Assembly: GCA_977017575.1 (NCBI GenBank)
Contig: CDRNVI010000010.1
Coordinates: 155,389 to 219,388, forward strand
DNA length: 64,000 nt
Origin: Paramoeba atlantica
Lineage: Eukaryota > Protista > Discosea
Reading direction: 5' to 3'
Part shown: positions 11,767 to 23,644 of the stretch, one piece after another
How positions within the stretch are numbered: the first letter of the stretch is position 1
Layout of the letters: the number at the start of each line of letters is the position of its first letter
Position numbers and translations under genes: made by a program
Notes under the pieces: generated by a model
Told to the model about the DNA's origin: nothing
The model's database searches: none
The model's input: the letters and a program-made list of their open reading frames with translations, nothing else

Positions 11767-12456
11767 TCAATAGATTTGATTGACCACATCATCAAAATTT
11801 ATTGAGCTTACTATAAATTTATCAAGATTGCCTGCAAAGTGTTCTGTACTACGCAGACCAGGAAGAAACCTTTCAGAGCTTAAAGTAGATCTGTGCCTTC
11901 GTAAGGTAAGTGCTTCGAAATTTTCTTTTCGAATACCAGGATAGAGATACATTGCTTGTAAGGCTGGAGAGCGAGACACGGGTGAAGGATGGCTTGTTTG
12001 GTCTGTACTAATTTGAAGATCTTTAGATTTCGTGTCCGTATCAATCACACTTGACGTGGTACTAGACGTGGTACGAGAAGCGGGAATAATAGTGTCTATT
12101 GCATTGAGTTCAGATCTATCGTCGTCTTCAATTTGAGCCTCTGATAACAGTGGCAACTGCGCTTCAGATCGTTGAAGATATTTTTTATTTAACTCAGAGA
12201 AAAGTTGGCAGCGAAATTCCTTCATCCGCTGATCTATAGCTTTTAACAAACAGGAGTGATCAATTTCTGTTTCACAGCTCTTAGCTTGCGAGGAAGAGCC
12301 AGAGTTCAAGCCAGAATATTCTCTATTCTCATAAGAGTTCTCACAAGAATTTTCCGAACGTACAAGTCCATTCGAATCGTTCGACCACGTGTTTTCAGTA
12401 GAGAGCTTATCTTGTAGCTCAAATTTTTGCTTGTCAATGCCTTGCTCCATAATCAT
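11767..12456 (-). CDS. Hypothetical Ser-rich protein; possibly a decayed gene continuing in another frame at 11291-11710
   Basis: 229-aa ORF on the host-gene strand; no recognisable motif; the intervening frames contain stops. Confidence 0.35.
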   Translation of the reverse strand: MIMEQGIDKQKFELQDKLSTENTWSNDSNGLVRSENSCENSYENREYSGLNSGSSSQAKSCETEIDHSCLLKAIDQRMKEFRCQLFSELNKKYLQRSEAQLPLLSEAQIEDDDRSELNAIDTIIPASRTTSSTTSSVIDTDTKSKDLQISTDQTSHPSPVSRSPALQAMYLYPGIRKENFEALTLRRHRSTLSSERFLPGLRSTEHFAGNLDKFIVSSINFDDVVNQIY

Positions 12457-12749
12457 GCATGCAATAATGATAGCTTCAAAAAAAAATCAAAGTTCAAGAG
12501 GCTTTCAAATTAAGAAAAATATTTACAGATCACAATCTACAAGGATTATAAATTTAGAAAAAAACGACAATTGCACTTCTATTCATTTTCCAGTTTGTCA
12601 AGTCGAGCAAAAAGATTGTCTTCTTAGATGTAGATATGGTCAGGACAGATAAAAGCTGCATACTGGTGCGCTTAAATAAAAAAATCGGGTACGTCTCTAC
12701 TTCGTTGAATATTCAACGAAGTGCCGGCGCTTCGTTGAACCATTCATTT

Positions 12750-13075
12750 CTCCCCCATTTTACGCCCCAAAAGCGAGTTTGCTCAAGGAATTCTCATGGT
12801 GTTCTTCTCAACGCCTGTTCTTATGCCTTGCCAGGGAAGATTAAAGAACACCAAAGGATACTTCTTGTGGCCGACTTCGAGAAAACACAGTCTTATTCCC
12901 GGACTTACCAAAGTGTTTGGGTCCACTAGGGAACTGTGAAACTCTGGGTGGAACGATTCATGTTTTTACGATAAACTTCAGACAAAAAACAAAGATAAAT
13001 TTGATAATAAGTTAAAGAACTTCAGAAAACGTTGTAGAATCATCGTAGAAAAGAAGGGTGTATATTGGACCCCAT
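12750..13075 (+). mobile_element. Internally deleted copy of the Tc1-like family at 42211-43781
   Basis: 12750-12960 closely matches 42405-42610 (PQKRV.SR.S.GVL...LLVADFEKT.SYSRT). It is joined directly to 12970-13075, which matches 43450-43535 (KRCRIIVEK). Confidence 0.8.
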
Positions 13076-13339
13076 GCATACCGCCACAGCAAGCCAGTGT
13101 CAACTTGTGCCAGCCAGTGCCAGCCACAACGGCCCTTTTTCTAGGGGACCGGAAATGGTTGACTGGCGGAACGTGTGTTTTTTGTGGCCTGCGACTCAAC
13201 ACGGGGTGATAAAATTAAAAATTCTGTGCCAGCCAGTGCCAGCCACACTTGCATGGGCTCCCACTTGCATTGTGGATGCTACACGGGTTTTAAAATAATG
13301 TTTCCTAAAAATATCTGAGATTTTTTATTATTTCTTTAA

Positions 13340-14169
13340 GTGGCAATTTGCTTTTTTGGCCTTTTTCCCGGAACACGGAAGGGACGGTGAAATATGGGGG
13401 CGGGGGTTTGATGGTATGGGCGTGCATTGCGCACGCAGGGGTGGGCAAGATACGTCTGATTGAGGGCAATTTGAACGCCCATCAGTACGTTGAAATTCTG
13501 GATCAGAATCTTGCCCCCTCCATTGAGCAAGTGGGCCTAGACCCCGACGAGGTCTTGTTTCAACAAGACAATGACCCGAAACACACGAGCAAGCTTGCCA
13601 AAGAGTGGTTGGCGAGCCACAGCTATGTGGTTTAGAAGTGGCCCCCGCAATCCCCAGATCTCAATCCTATTGAGAACATGTGGGGACACTTAAAACGGCG
13701 TCTCTCTGCCTATAAGAAGGACCCAAAGGGAATGATCGAGCTTTGGGACCGGGCCAAAGTTGTGTGGGACGCACTTCCCAGTGCCCTATGCGCGTCTACT
13801 GTGAGCATGCTGCTCACACTGTGAGCATGCCTCGCCATATGAGAGCGGTGATTGCTGCGAAAGGGGGGCATACAAAGTATTAGTTTTACCTTGTTTTTAC
13901 CGTTTATTAATCAAGAAATAATCCATCTTTTTATCAAAAAATCTTCACTTGAAAAAAGTGTAAAAAATGTCTCAATAATATTTTTCACTCAAAGGTGTTA
14001 CGGGTCCTCGTGGAAGCTGCTGCATAGGTAACGGCCCTCATAGTCAGTGTGCTGGTACATACCCCTACATAACCCCCATATACTATGATAACTATTCGTC
14101 TTTCATTTCAAAGATAATCACTCAACAAAATATTTTTTCATAACATTGAGACATTTTTTAACGTCACTG
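13340..14169 (+). mobile_element. Tc1 DD34E transposase C-terminal fragment with right end (...GTCACTG|TA)
   Basis: TVKYGGGGLMVWACI, FQQDNDPKHTSK, WPPQSPDLNPIENMW and IAAKGGHTKY motifs; 34 residues between D and E; one TAG. Tc1-type terminus CAGTG on the minus strand at 14169, followed by TA. Confidence 0.87.
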
Positions 14170-14171
14170 TA

Positions 14172-15152
14172 CCTTTGAGTCATCACTGTTTTCAGAAAAG
14201 CTACAAAAACTATCACTGACGTCATTCATGCGATCATCCATGTCTTCACATCCATAAAAATTGCGAATACACTCCAGAATGTTGAAGCGGATTTGCCAGG
14301 ATTCTTTCCGCTCAGTTTTTCCGAATCCGAATTTCACGCACTGCAATGCCGCATTACGGCGCAAATCCATGGATGATATTCCGTGATTATATAATGCTGC
14401 TGCTTGATCCAGTGTTTGATCGTCCGATGAGCGGCTTCCGCGTGATTGGTGTGATGGCCCTTCAAAGTCACGAATTCCTTACTTTGATTTACAGTAAAAT
14501 GTCTGCAGTATTCCCCCAAGTTTATGTAGCCACGCCACTCATCGGTTACCACCACAGATCGCGCGCTCGTTAAATGTGGGGTAATGAAGTTCAGAAGCGT
14601 ATGCTGGTCCCTTCGTTTGACGAGTTTCCAATGGGTTCTCCCCATTTTACGTTCATCTATCTCTGTGACGGTGACGAACCACCATCCGACTTTTCTCACC
14701 CGCTTTCCGCGATGGTACTTTCTCTTCCCTATAAAGGTTTCATCGACTTGGAGATTTGAAAAATCGAAGTTTGCATTTTCTTGGCGAAAATATGCAGCAC
14801 TGGATACCATGTGTAACAGCTTCGTAATGGTTCTCGGACGCACCCCGCGGTTACGGCTTATGTTCCCGGTCGTCAAATTGTTTGCAATATCAGCCCATAT
14901 GAGAAGCAGAGTAGTGAGAGTTACGCGTGTGCGGCTACTTAAATAAGGTTCGTACATGAAGGCTCTAGCTCTACAGGCATTCGCAGCCCCCTCCTCCCGA
15001 TGAGTACACTCGAAGAACCGCCAGGTATCCTTCATCTCCACCATAAACTCTCCCCCGTGGCGTTTGCACTCTGGTGCTGTCAAAAGGCCGTGATTTTTCA
15101 TCCACACCTCCGCCGCTTCCGCCTGGGGAATGTACCTCATATTACGCCACAA
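14172..15152 (-). mobile_element. Merlin transposase pseudogene, copy 2
   Basis: LQVDETFIGKRKYHRGK, THWKLVKRRD, VVTDEWRGY and HHTNHAEAAH motifs; one frameshift near 14370. Confidence 0.9.
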
Positions 15153-15439
15153 GCGAATGCACGCGAAACCTTCACATCCCCGACAAACTCGATGTGCTTC
15201 ATGCGGCGGAATATGGCCTTCCGTCCATGTCGCGTGTTCGACAGCATTGTTGTTGTTGTTACGTTATTTGTATGCTTGTGTCTCGAGGTAAGCCTTAAAA
15301 CGTCTCAAAAAGGCATCCGACGTATTCCCAGTACCGTGGTCGTTGCTCATTGGAAAAAGAAACGGTAAAAGAAGAGATCAGAGATTATGACCAAACGATC
15401 AGTCAAGGAATTCACCTCGCAGAGGTGGGCATCAAATAC

Positions 15440-15830
15440 ACAATCCTGCGGAAGTGGCAGACCTAGGTTCTCAGTGCGCGACCCGCGCGCTGGAGGGCGC
15501 GGGTCGCCAAAAAATATAATTATGTCCCAGGGCTACGCTCACAGTTGGGCCTTGCTCGCAAACGGGGGCTTTTGCCTCCAGAAGAGGGCTTCGCTCACAG
15601 TTGGGCTTTGCTCGCAAACGGGGGACTTTGCCTCCAGAAGTGGGCTTCGCTCACAATAAGGCGTTGCTCGAAGGCTGGGGGCTTTTGCCTCCAGAAGTGG
15701 GCTACGCGCACAGTTAGGCCTTGCCTCCAGACACGTAAACTAGGTGTCGCAGTTTAGGAAAATAAATGCATAATCCTGCGGAAGTGGATGACACAGGTTA
15801 TCAGTGTTCACAGTTGGGCCTTGCTTGCAA
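15440..15830 (+). repeat. Upstream cassette: GC-rich hairpin plus ~4 tandem ~60-bp units (GCTACGCTCACAGTTGGGCCTTGCTCGCAAACGGGGGCTTTTGCCTCCAGAAGTGG)
   Basis: Units are directly visible. Homologous cassettes occur at 45795-46010 (inverted) and 56310-56535, with a remnant at 58720-58748. Confidence 0.85.
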
Positions 15831-16374
15831 AAAAACGTGAGTACCATTAGATCTCTACACCAAAAGTCTATTTTTGGATGCCGCTTGTGAAGACTAAAAG
15901 TGAAGACAAAGAATGAGAGAAGAAAAACAGAATTTTTATAAGCAATATCTTGGCGTATTGATGCACTTCTTGAATCGAAAGGATATCGCGATCAAAAAGC
16001 CTAAATGTACGCCTTGCAAAAAAAGGAAAGGAAAAGATGTGTAGCAAATGACTTTTGTTAAAACTTTCAGTGAACATTATGAACGATTTGCATGTAAATC
16101 TCAAATTCTTGTTTTCACAAACCGTTTTTTTTTAGAGTTTTAAAACAGGCTAAAACCCTAGGAACGAATAGATTTCAAAATGAGCGAAAGAGTGGTGCTG
16201 CAACCCCCATGGATTCGCGCGGGGGAAAACAAAGGGGGTGCCTTATTCTTATCGAGGGGTTTTATACGAGAACATTTTTGCTATTATTTATGATACACTT
16301 ATAGAGCAGAGATTGTTTTCATCTTGGTGGAGGAAAAGAAACTCGCGCGCAGAACGCGCGGTACCGTTTAAATA

Positions 16375-17113
16375 CAGGGGTGTAAATTTGGATGTGGGGG
16401 GGTCTAAAATTTGTAAAACTTGGCCAATTTTGAAAAATAATAGCGCATTCGAGAGCTCTCGAACAGGGCTCATGAACGTAACAAGGCCGAACTAGGCACA
16501 AGGGGGCATTGCCCCCTAGACAAAGAGCCCCGAAACGCTATTTGTAACTTTCTAAAATAATGCTAAATGTAAAAAATATATATTAATAATTGCTATTATC
16601 GTCGATTAATCTCAATCACAATACAGCATCGCCTTCGAAAGCTCTTCACGGCATTTTCAGGGGCCTTGAAACGCTGCTTCGATCGCAATGATCAAATCTG
16701 CACAATTCCGAGGGGCTCAACCATTTTTGGAGTCGCCCACTATGGAACATGAATTTTTAGCGCGAAAAAGATTGTGTTGTTTCGTAATCGGCAACAAGAA
16801 CCATGCACCAGCTTGCTTTTACGTGCTCAGGCGAAGAATAAACACTTTCGTAGTTTTTGTGTTCGGGTGATCGCCCGCAACCCCGTCTTTGTAGCATGAA
16901 TCAGGGGAGAAATCAGAAAAACTGTGAAAAATGCAAGAATTTGCCTCCCAAAAAACTAAGTTTTTTTACGTGCACTCGAAAATCTAATTAACGCAGATGC
17001 CGTGCGTGCACGTTCATGAGCTCAGTTCGAGAGCTCTCGAATGCGCTATTATTTTCCAAAATTGGCCAAGTTTTACAAATTTTAGACCCCCCACATCCAA
17101 ATTTACACCCTTG
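16375..17113. mobile_element. Non-autonomous Tc1-like element (MITE), ~90-bp TIRs, TA target duplication
   Basis: TA|CAGGGGTGTAAATTTGGATGTGGGGGGGTCTAAAATTTG...CGAGAGCTCTCGAAC and its inverse ending CACCCTTG|TA. The TIR is shared with the autonomous element at 42211-43781. Confidence 0.9.
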
Positions 17114-17488
17114 TATGTGGCACGCGATTTTGAAGCCGCGAGTAAAAATGGATAAAAAAAATGTAATTTCCTTCGGCCGCGTACCATAAAGTGTAAGTTC
17201 GAGATTTTAGACCTCAGGTGAGCTCAGGGAGGGGAGTCTGTCGTGATGCGCTTAAACGAAGGAAGGATGACAATTCACCTGCAGACGTCTTTAGTTACGG
17301 ATAATTTATCTGAAGCCAAATCTGAATTCAACAAATCGTTGTATGTTATCCGCGAATAAATAACACTGTATAAATAAATCGGTCGCTGTAACCTTTTTTG
17401 ACAAGAGTTCTCGATACTTTCAGAATAGAAGAATATAATGCCTAAAATGATTGCATGGACACGGCCATAAGCCTACTTCGTAGAAGTT

Positions 17489-19426
17489 TTATCGAGAAAG
17501 AAAGAGAACTTGCTCCACGTGAGGCGTATGGGGAAAAAGATCCACTGCCAAGGAGAGCTGAGGCGTAAAAGGGGTATTGGGATACTTCTTTGTGGGTCGT
17601 TTCATCAGATCCGTCGCATCCCGAATAAGGGCATTTTGGTTGCATGAGACGTACACAATTTGCGTAATTGATCTCATTGAACGTAACCATCGCACCATAT
17701 TCCCATGTAGTCCTTCTCGAGGCGGATCGACGAGCGCTACCACAGAGGCAGAGTTCATCGAGCGCTCGCTTGACTCTGCGGAATCTTTTGACATAGTTAT
17801 GTTTTCGCCCGACTCTATCTTTGGTAAAACTCGTGCTCTCTTCTCTTGCACAGACGATAGCGTCTTCGTGATTTCCGTTAACAAATTCTCTACTTTACCC
17901 TCTAAATAGGATACATTTTGGGCATTCTGGGCCTGTGTATTTCGCTTTGCATCTTGGACCGCATCATGCACCGCTTCCACGCCTATTACCCAATGCACTT
18001 GGGAGCGCAGAAACAAACCCAAGAGTCCAGTGCCACAGCACAGATCTAACAGTATGGTGTCGCTTGAGAGCTTTGCGTGTTGTTTAATTTGTCGTAACAA
18101 CGCTTCGGAAGCTTTCGTGTTGACTTGGAAAAAAGACCCAGGGCTGATTAAAAACGGGATGCCATCCATTCGCTCTTCCAAATGCGAAGGACCGAAGAGT
18201 AATTTGAAAGGCAAATCCCAAGGGGCGGCGTTGCTGACCCCATCGTGTTCCTGCCAAAAAATACATCGAACGCCGGAGGAGAATTCGTCGAGCAGACTTT
18301 GGTACAGTTTTTCTCGAGTGTGTGTGTAAGATAACTCTGTGCTATGGTTTGCATCATCCGAATTGTTTGAGTCCTTTTCTTTTTCATTTGAATCCGGAAA
18401 CCGTGTTGTCTGTACAATCATCATCGTTTCCCCTTTTTGGTTCATCCGCACGCTGAGTCTTCTCCAGAATCCACAATGAAGACTCTTGTCATAACTCCTA
18501 AAAAGAGAAGCACAGCGATTGTACCAAAGTTGAACCCACTTCTCAAATCGTTGAGCGATTAAAATCGCGATTTGAGGCGTACAAGGACAGTACTCGGGTG
18601 AGGATACAGCAAAGTGCCCATCTTTAACAGCTCCGAGATTAAACCCGACTCGAGGGAGAGAGGACATGTGATCTCCCTCTTTTTCACACCCCAGGCCAAT
18701 AGTAAAATCGACGCGGTTCCGATACCCGTAGAGCTCAGGAGAGGGGGAGAGACCTGCAAAAGGAATTGCTGGAGGCAATTCGATAGATGAAGAGAAATTG
18801 GAAAATCCAGAAAGTGCTCTTCGATCAGCTTGATAGACCTCGTGACGTATTTTTTCAAGAACCTCCGAGCAGTGTTTGGTCTTCTTTTCAAGCTGAGATT
18901 CGTAGGAGAGGGCTGTCCAGGGAGCAGTGCTGGAGGATGGGTTCGTTTTACGATCAACGTCGCCTTTAGAGCATGAATAATTCTCCATTTCAGATAAAGC
19001 TAATTCCGTTTTTGGACGAGATTCTTTGTCTCTTTTTCGTTTTAGATTTCTGTCTATTGGATCTTCCATATCACCAACAAACACAGGAGTTTCTTTCCAT
19101 GAGGTGCCTTTGTGCTTTATTGCACATAAAATTTGACTGGCTGTATTTTTTGCAAGTTCCGAATCGAAAGAAAGAAATAAGTAGCTACTGTTGGGACTCT
19201 TTCCAACACGAGTGCAGCCAGTGAAATAAGACTTTAAGGGGAAATTGCTCTTTTCTTGTTCTTGTTGATCCATCCTAGGTACCTTTTTTTCGAGAATACG
19301 TTTGATATCGCTTTGCGTAAATCGGTGGGACCCAACGAAGATTTTCAATAAATAATCATTTGTGCGTCGGTGAATCAGTGACTCGTTCGGAGTGTTGTGT
19401 GAATTCGGACTTGTTTCACTCTCCAT
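17489..19426 (-). CDS. TRM2: tRNA (uracil-5-)-methyltransferase, TRM2/TrmA family
   Basis: YGYRNRVDFTIG, SPGSFFQVNT, LLDLCCGTGLLG, VDPPREGLH, VYVSCN (catalytic Cys) and AVDLFPHTPHVE motifs. Confidence 0.93.
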   Translation of the reverse strand: MESETSPNSHNTPNESLIHRRTNDYLLKIFVGSHRFTQSDIKRILEKKVPRMDQQEQEKSNFPLKSYFTGCTRVGKSPNSSYLFLSFDSELAKNTASQILCAIKHKGTSWKETPVFVGDMEDPIDRNLKRKRDKESRPKTELALSEMENYSCSKGDVDRKTNPSSSTAPWTALSYESQLEKKTKHCSEVLEKIRHEVYQADRRALSGFSNFSSSIELPPAIPFAGLSPSPELYGYRNRVDFTIGLGCEKEGDHMSSLPRVGFNLGAVKDGHFAVSSPEYCPCTPQIAILIAQRFEKWVQLWYNRCASLFRSYDKSLHCGFWRRLSVRMNQKGETMMIVQTTRFPDSNEKEKDSNNSDDANHSTELSYTHTREKLYQSLLDEFSSGVRCIFWQEHDGVSNAAPWDLPFKLLFGPSHLEERMDGIPFLISPGSFFQVNTKASEALLRQIKQHAKLSSDTILLDLCCGTGLLGLFLRSQVHWVIGVEAVHDAVQDAKRNTQAQNAQNVSYLEGKVENLLTEITKTLSSVQEKRARVLPKIESGENITMSKDSAESSERSMNSASVVALVDPPREGLHGNMVRWLRSMRSITQIVYVSCNQNALIRDATDLMKRPTKKYPNTPFTPQLSLAVDLFPHTPHVEQVLFLSR

Positions 19427-19765
19427 TAAGAAAATGTTGGATTTGATGTCCTAAATAACTGATAATGTTGATATGTGCAATGAATGGCTAGTAAATTCAG
19501 CGTCACATGAAAAACGTTTTAAATTCAACATAAAGATTATGCCTGACGACTCTGCAGTACGTTATGTCGCATAATAACGTATAATGATATACACAACGAC
19601 AGAACCAGAGATAACGGCAAGTAGGAGCTGTAGTGAGAACTACAGACTCTGCGCTCTGCAAAAACTCAACCTTACATCGGAAACAGGATTTTCCTGTTGA
19701 TACTTCTGCCACCCGTTTTTACTTAAAAAGGAAAGTAACGAAAAGTCTTGTGAGTAGCTTGTAAG

Positions 19766-21268
19766 TCATACCGAATCATGCATGGTAGAAGAGTAGTCGT
19801 CCCACAGCAAACAGCGTAACAAGGGGGAAGCTAACTCCTTGTACTCCTCTCCAATGACTCGCACAATTCCAATCTTAACGGATTTAGGTGACAACGGATG
19901 AGAATCCCTTACCGAGTTCTGTAAAAATATTCGAGCACGATGTACGCAATCATTCCCTAAAGTGTCTAATAAATGTCTTTTGGAATACTCTTCAGCTTCA
20001 CGAGGAACTGCAACGACTGTGTTTTCAAGGGGTTCCATTTCATGTGGCAAACTAATCGAGCTCTCGTTTCGTTCAAGAATAGCTTCAATCTCATCTACGA
20101 TATATTGTTTATCTTGCAAATCATCCTCAAACTCTAATGTAGCCATTCTTTCCTGTTCATTCGAATCTGTCAGTGTTGTGTAAATATTTTCTTTTGTTGA
20201 GTCAAATGTCTCCGTTGAGAGCTCTACGCTCTGTACCGCTTCCCTGAGATTTCGCACATTTCGTAAATCACTAAGTCGATATTCCTCCTCGTTTGGAGGC
20301 GTTGGATAATCGACCGGAAGCGGGGCCGCTGTGTTTGATAACACAGAAGGAAAAGCCTTTCGCTCGTTTCTATTTGGGCTTATAAAGTTTTTCAGTCCTG
20401 CGCCCCACTCCCGTAGCTCTCTCCTTAAATACGATGTTTGTAATAAGGAGGAAACCTTGGGCCGGTGTCCTGGATGTAAGGTCAGACATTTATGGATCAT
20501 GGATACCAAATTCGGGTTCGCCCCGGGGTGTACAGCGTCGTATTCCCCTGTGACAATTTTTTTCATCAACTCTTTCAGTCCTTTAGCTTGAAAAGGACGA
20601 CGTAGTGTCAGGAGTTCATACAAAAGAACCCCAAGGGACCAGATATCACTTTTTTGATTGTATGGACAGTGATTGCACACTTCCGGAGAGAAGTAGTACG
20701 GGGTACCACAAACGGTATGTGCGAACCCTAACGTATTCTGCAGCGTTGTGGAAATCCCGAAATCTCCAAGTTTCACGAGTCCCCCGGTAGTAAGGAAAAT
20801 ATTGGCCGCTTTTAAATCTCTATGGAGAATATTGCGCTCATGCAGGTGTTGCAACCCGAGACAAATTTGAAGAAACCAGTGCAGGATTTGTGCATCTGAA
20901 AAATAGACCACTTGCCCGGGAACCTCAAACCTCTTTCGTTGTTTTTTAATCCGAGAGGCTAAATCTCCCTCATCGGCGTATTCCATAATAATATAAATCG
21001 TGGTGTCCTCCTCGATGTGCTCCTCGTAATGAACAATATTGGGGTGCTGGATGCGGGAGAGAATATCAATTTCGCGTTTCACATCGTTAAACTCCTTAGG
21101 GGTCATGGTGGCGGTGTCGATGACTTTGCAAATGTACCGTTTGCGGTTTAAAAGGGATTGGACTAGAATCGCATCCCCAAACGAGCCTTTGCCAATCTCT
21201 CGTAGAATGCGATAACGGCTGCAGAACGAGGCGGAGTGATCCGGGCGAGAGGGCGTGTTAAACTGCAT
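19766..21268 (-). CDS. NIMA-related (NEK) Ser/Thr protein kinase
   Basis: IGKGSFG, HPNIVHY, IIMEYADEGDL, ILHRDLKAANIFL, VKLGDFGIS, VCGTPYYFSPE and KSDIWSLG motifs. Confidence 0.95.
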   Translation of the reverse strand: MQFNTPSRPDHSASFCSRYRILREIGKGSFGDAILVQSLLNRKRYICKVIDTATMTPKEFNDVKREIDILSRIQHPNIVHYEEHIEEDTTIYIIMEYADEGDLASRIKKQRKRFEVPGQVVYFSDAQILHWFLQICLGLQHLHERNILHRDLKAANIFLTTGGLVKLGDFGISTTLQNTLGFAHTVCGTPYYFSPEVCNHCPYNQKSDIWSLGVLLYELLTLRRPFQAKGLKELMKKIVTGEYDAVHPGANPNLVSMIHKCLTLHPGHRPKVSSLLQTSYLRRELREWGAGLKNFISPNRNERKAFPSVLSNTAAPLPVDYPTPPNEEEYRLSDLRNVRNLREAVQSVELSTETFDSTKENIYTTLTDSNEQERMATLEFEDDLQDKQYIVDEIEAILERNESSISLPHEMEPLENTVVAVPREAEEYSKRHLLDTLGNDCVHRARIFLQNSVRDSHPLSPKSVKIGIVRVIGEEYKELASPLLRCLLWDDYSSTMHDSV

Positions 21269-21483
21269 GGTTTAACTCTAGAGACGTTGGAGCATGACGT
21301 GATTCATGAGAAAGAGGAGGAGGGAAAAAAGTAGGACGTCTAAAAGAGGTTTAAGAAGTTTAAACAAATATTTATGAGTGTAGCTACTCGAAATCTAATT
21401 TTTCATTTTCTCTTTGGTTTAACAAAGTTCATGGAAGTCTTAAATTTGAACTTGAAAATTCTTACATAATATCGGCGATACAT

Positions 21484-22125
21484 TTAAGACTCATCGAGCA
21501 ACAAGTGTTGAAATAATTTTCGCACATTGACAAACTCTCCTGTGGTGTGCGTATGCGGGAGAGAGAGAGAAGTTGTGTCTTCAGGAGAACGTGCCTCATC
21601 TGGCAACTCCATCGTATTCTCATTTTCTTGTACGGATAGAGCCACGCAACTGAGTAGCTTTTCATAACTTTGATGACGACGACCTCCAGCCACATTACTG
21701 TGTGGTCTTCGTATAGGCGCAGCACGACTGCCGTGTGTGGAGTGGAGTGTTTGTATTTCTTCCAACTGTTTTGTTTTTAATGTCTCTATCGCGGCTTGGA
21801 TTTGTTTTTGTACCTCCTTAGCTTCCGAGTGACTGTTACGATCCCCTCGTTTGAGTCGTCGGATCAGTTCTCGGTGTTTTACAAAACCCGTGTTGAGTTC
21901 TCGTAATTCTAGTCGATGTCTTCGTTGCATTCGTCCGAGAGATTCCTTTGGTTTCTCTACAATCACATTCCTTCGTTTAGTGTTTCGACGTGAGGCGACA
22001 ATTGTACGAATAGGTTTGCCTCTAGGGATGTGATGGGGTAGAGAGTGGCCTACAGGCTTTTTGGGTCCTCGAGAGAACGTTCGCTGTTCTTTTTTCTTTG
22101 TTTGCTGACGAGTCTTGGTCTTCAT
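21484..22125 (-). CDS. Basic coiled-coil hypothetical protein; central part resembles the N-terminal helix of OTUD6B/Otu2, with no OTU domain
   Basis: 213-aa ORF on the gene strand; RRHRLELREL...LKTKQLEEIQTL pattern. Confidence 0.6.
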   Translation of the reverse strand: MKTKTRQQTKKKEQRTFSRGPKKPVGHSLPHHIPRGKPIRTIVASRRNTKRRNVIVEKPKESLGRMQRRHRLELRELNTGFVKHRELIRRLKRGDRNSHSEAKEVQKQIQAAIETLKTKQLEEIQTLHSTHGSRAAPIRRPHSNVAGGRRHQSYEKLLSCVALSVQENENTMELPDEARSPEDTTSLSLPHTHTTGEFVNVRKLFQHLLLDES

Positions 22126-22510
22126 TTGTTATGTCATGAAATGTTTAACAAAAGGTTCTAATGTTTCGAACAGGTGAAATCGACTTTTTGAATTTGTGGT
22201 GCTTTAAATTGTGAAACTTGATCCCAACGTATTAACGAATGGTTGTATTACTCTACTAGTAATTCGTTATTCCCAAAGGTAAGTTAGTCATGCTCTATAT
22301 TTTTTGATTGCTAATTTCACGTTCATAGCGAAATTTGGAACGCAGAAAGGCGCGATGCACACCGATTTTATAGCCCATTGTCTCCATTTGATCCGTAATT
22401 CGCCTTCACCATGAGACTTCATAACGTACTGACAATACGCAAAGCCACATATTCGGCAACGAGAACATTGAAGTAATGAAATTCGTCATGCAATTCTAAA
22501 CCAAATTTCG

Positions 22511-23644
22511 CTAAAACCGATAGTTTTCCTCCGTTTCTTGTGCCCACTGATATTTTCCTACCAGCGATTTTGTAAAGGCTCGCTGAGGGGGAACGTTGAG
22601 TCGTCGACACCATGAAAATATAATCCGAGGATCAATATAATTCGCTTTTGAGGTCGTCGTCGAGATACTCTTGCCATCCTCCTTTATCTTTATATTCGCC
22701 TTTGCGGTCGCAAGCTGGTTGCTTACGGTCTGAATTTTATTATCAATATCACTGGGAAAAGCAATACGAGGGGGTCGTTTCGGAGGAATGGATTTCACTA
22801 CCGCATTCGGGTCCTCCGCCGCTGCTGCAATTTCTGTGTTAATCATACTTTTCCTTTTTGCAATTTTAAAAAGACTCCAACAGTCTTCATCCTCATCACT
22901 GCTGGCTACGTTCGTTGTGATTACAGAAGTCGTTGGCTTCTGAATCTCCCTTGAATCTCGGCGTCCCATTTTTCGAGGCAATTTTTTAGCTATGGTGGGG
23001 TGAACAACTTGTTTTTGTTGTCTTATCTTTGGTCGTGCTCTATCTAGTTTTTTAGATTTTTCAGATTCGGATACCGAAGATTCTTCGGTTGAGTCTTCCG
23101 AACTGCTCACAGAAGAAGAAGAGGCACTTCCTTCGCTGGTGGTTTCACTATTCGATGTGCTTTCATAGGATGATGAAGAAGTCTCGTCCTCTGTAGATGA
23201 GCTCTCGACATCGTTTCTGCCTTTCGATGCAAGGTTTTTAGAAGAGTTTACCGGAGAAGAGATTTGTTTTAGTTTCAGCGTTTTCTCACCTTTCAAATCG
23301 GGTTGAATGTTTTCTTCTTTTTTACAGGAAGCTGCTTTTGGGGTTCGTTCTGGAGTCGCACGCTCTACGTGTGAGCTTTCACTCTTTTCTTGATGGTTTG
23401 ACTCAATTTTCGAATTGATTTCTGGGATATTGCAGGGAGGATTGGGTATTGGCACCTTAATTGGTATTTTTATGGGCATTTTGATTGGTATTTTGATTGG
23501 TATTTTGATTGGCATTTTGATTGGCATCTTGATTGGTATTTTGATCGGCACCGTAGCTGGGGGCCTGTGAGGTTGTGGCACTGCGGTCTCCGTTGGAGAC
23601 GGTGAGGATGGGCTCGGCAACGATGAGGTGTTCTCGGCCGACAT
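22511..23644 (-). CDS. DNA topoisomerase IB small (catalytic Tyr) subunit, kinetoplastid bi-subunit type
   Basis: C-terminal SKANYIDPRIIFSWCRRLNVPPQRAFTKSLVGKYQWA, preceded only by Pro/Ser/Lys-rich low-complexity sequence; the core domain is absent. Confidence 0.92.
   Translation of the reverse strand: MSAENTSSLPSPSSPSPTETAVPQPHRPPATVPIKIPIKMPIKMPIKIPIKIPIKMPIKIPIKVPIPNPPCNIPEINSKIESNHQEKSESSHVERATPERTPKAASCKKEENIQPDLKGEKTLKLKQISSPVNSSKNLASKGRNDVESSSTEDETSSSSYESTSNSETTSEGSASSSSVSSSEDSTEESSVSESEKSKKLDRARPKIRQQKQVVHPTIAKKLPRKMGRRDSREIQKPTTSVITTNVASSDEDEDCWSLFKIAKRKSMINTEIAAAAEDPNAVVKSIPPKRPPRIAFPSDIDNKIQTVSNQLATAKANIKIKEDGKSISTTTSKANYIDPRIIFSWCRRLNVPPQRAFTKSLVGKYQWAQETEENYRF
23446..23548 (-). 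repeat. In-frame 12-bp tandem repeat encoding (PIK[I/M/V])x8
   Basis: TTGATTGGTATT-type units; protein PIKIPIKMPIKMPIKIPIKIPIKMPIKIPIKVP. Confidence 0.9.
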
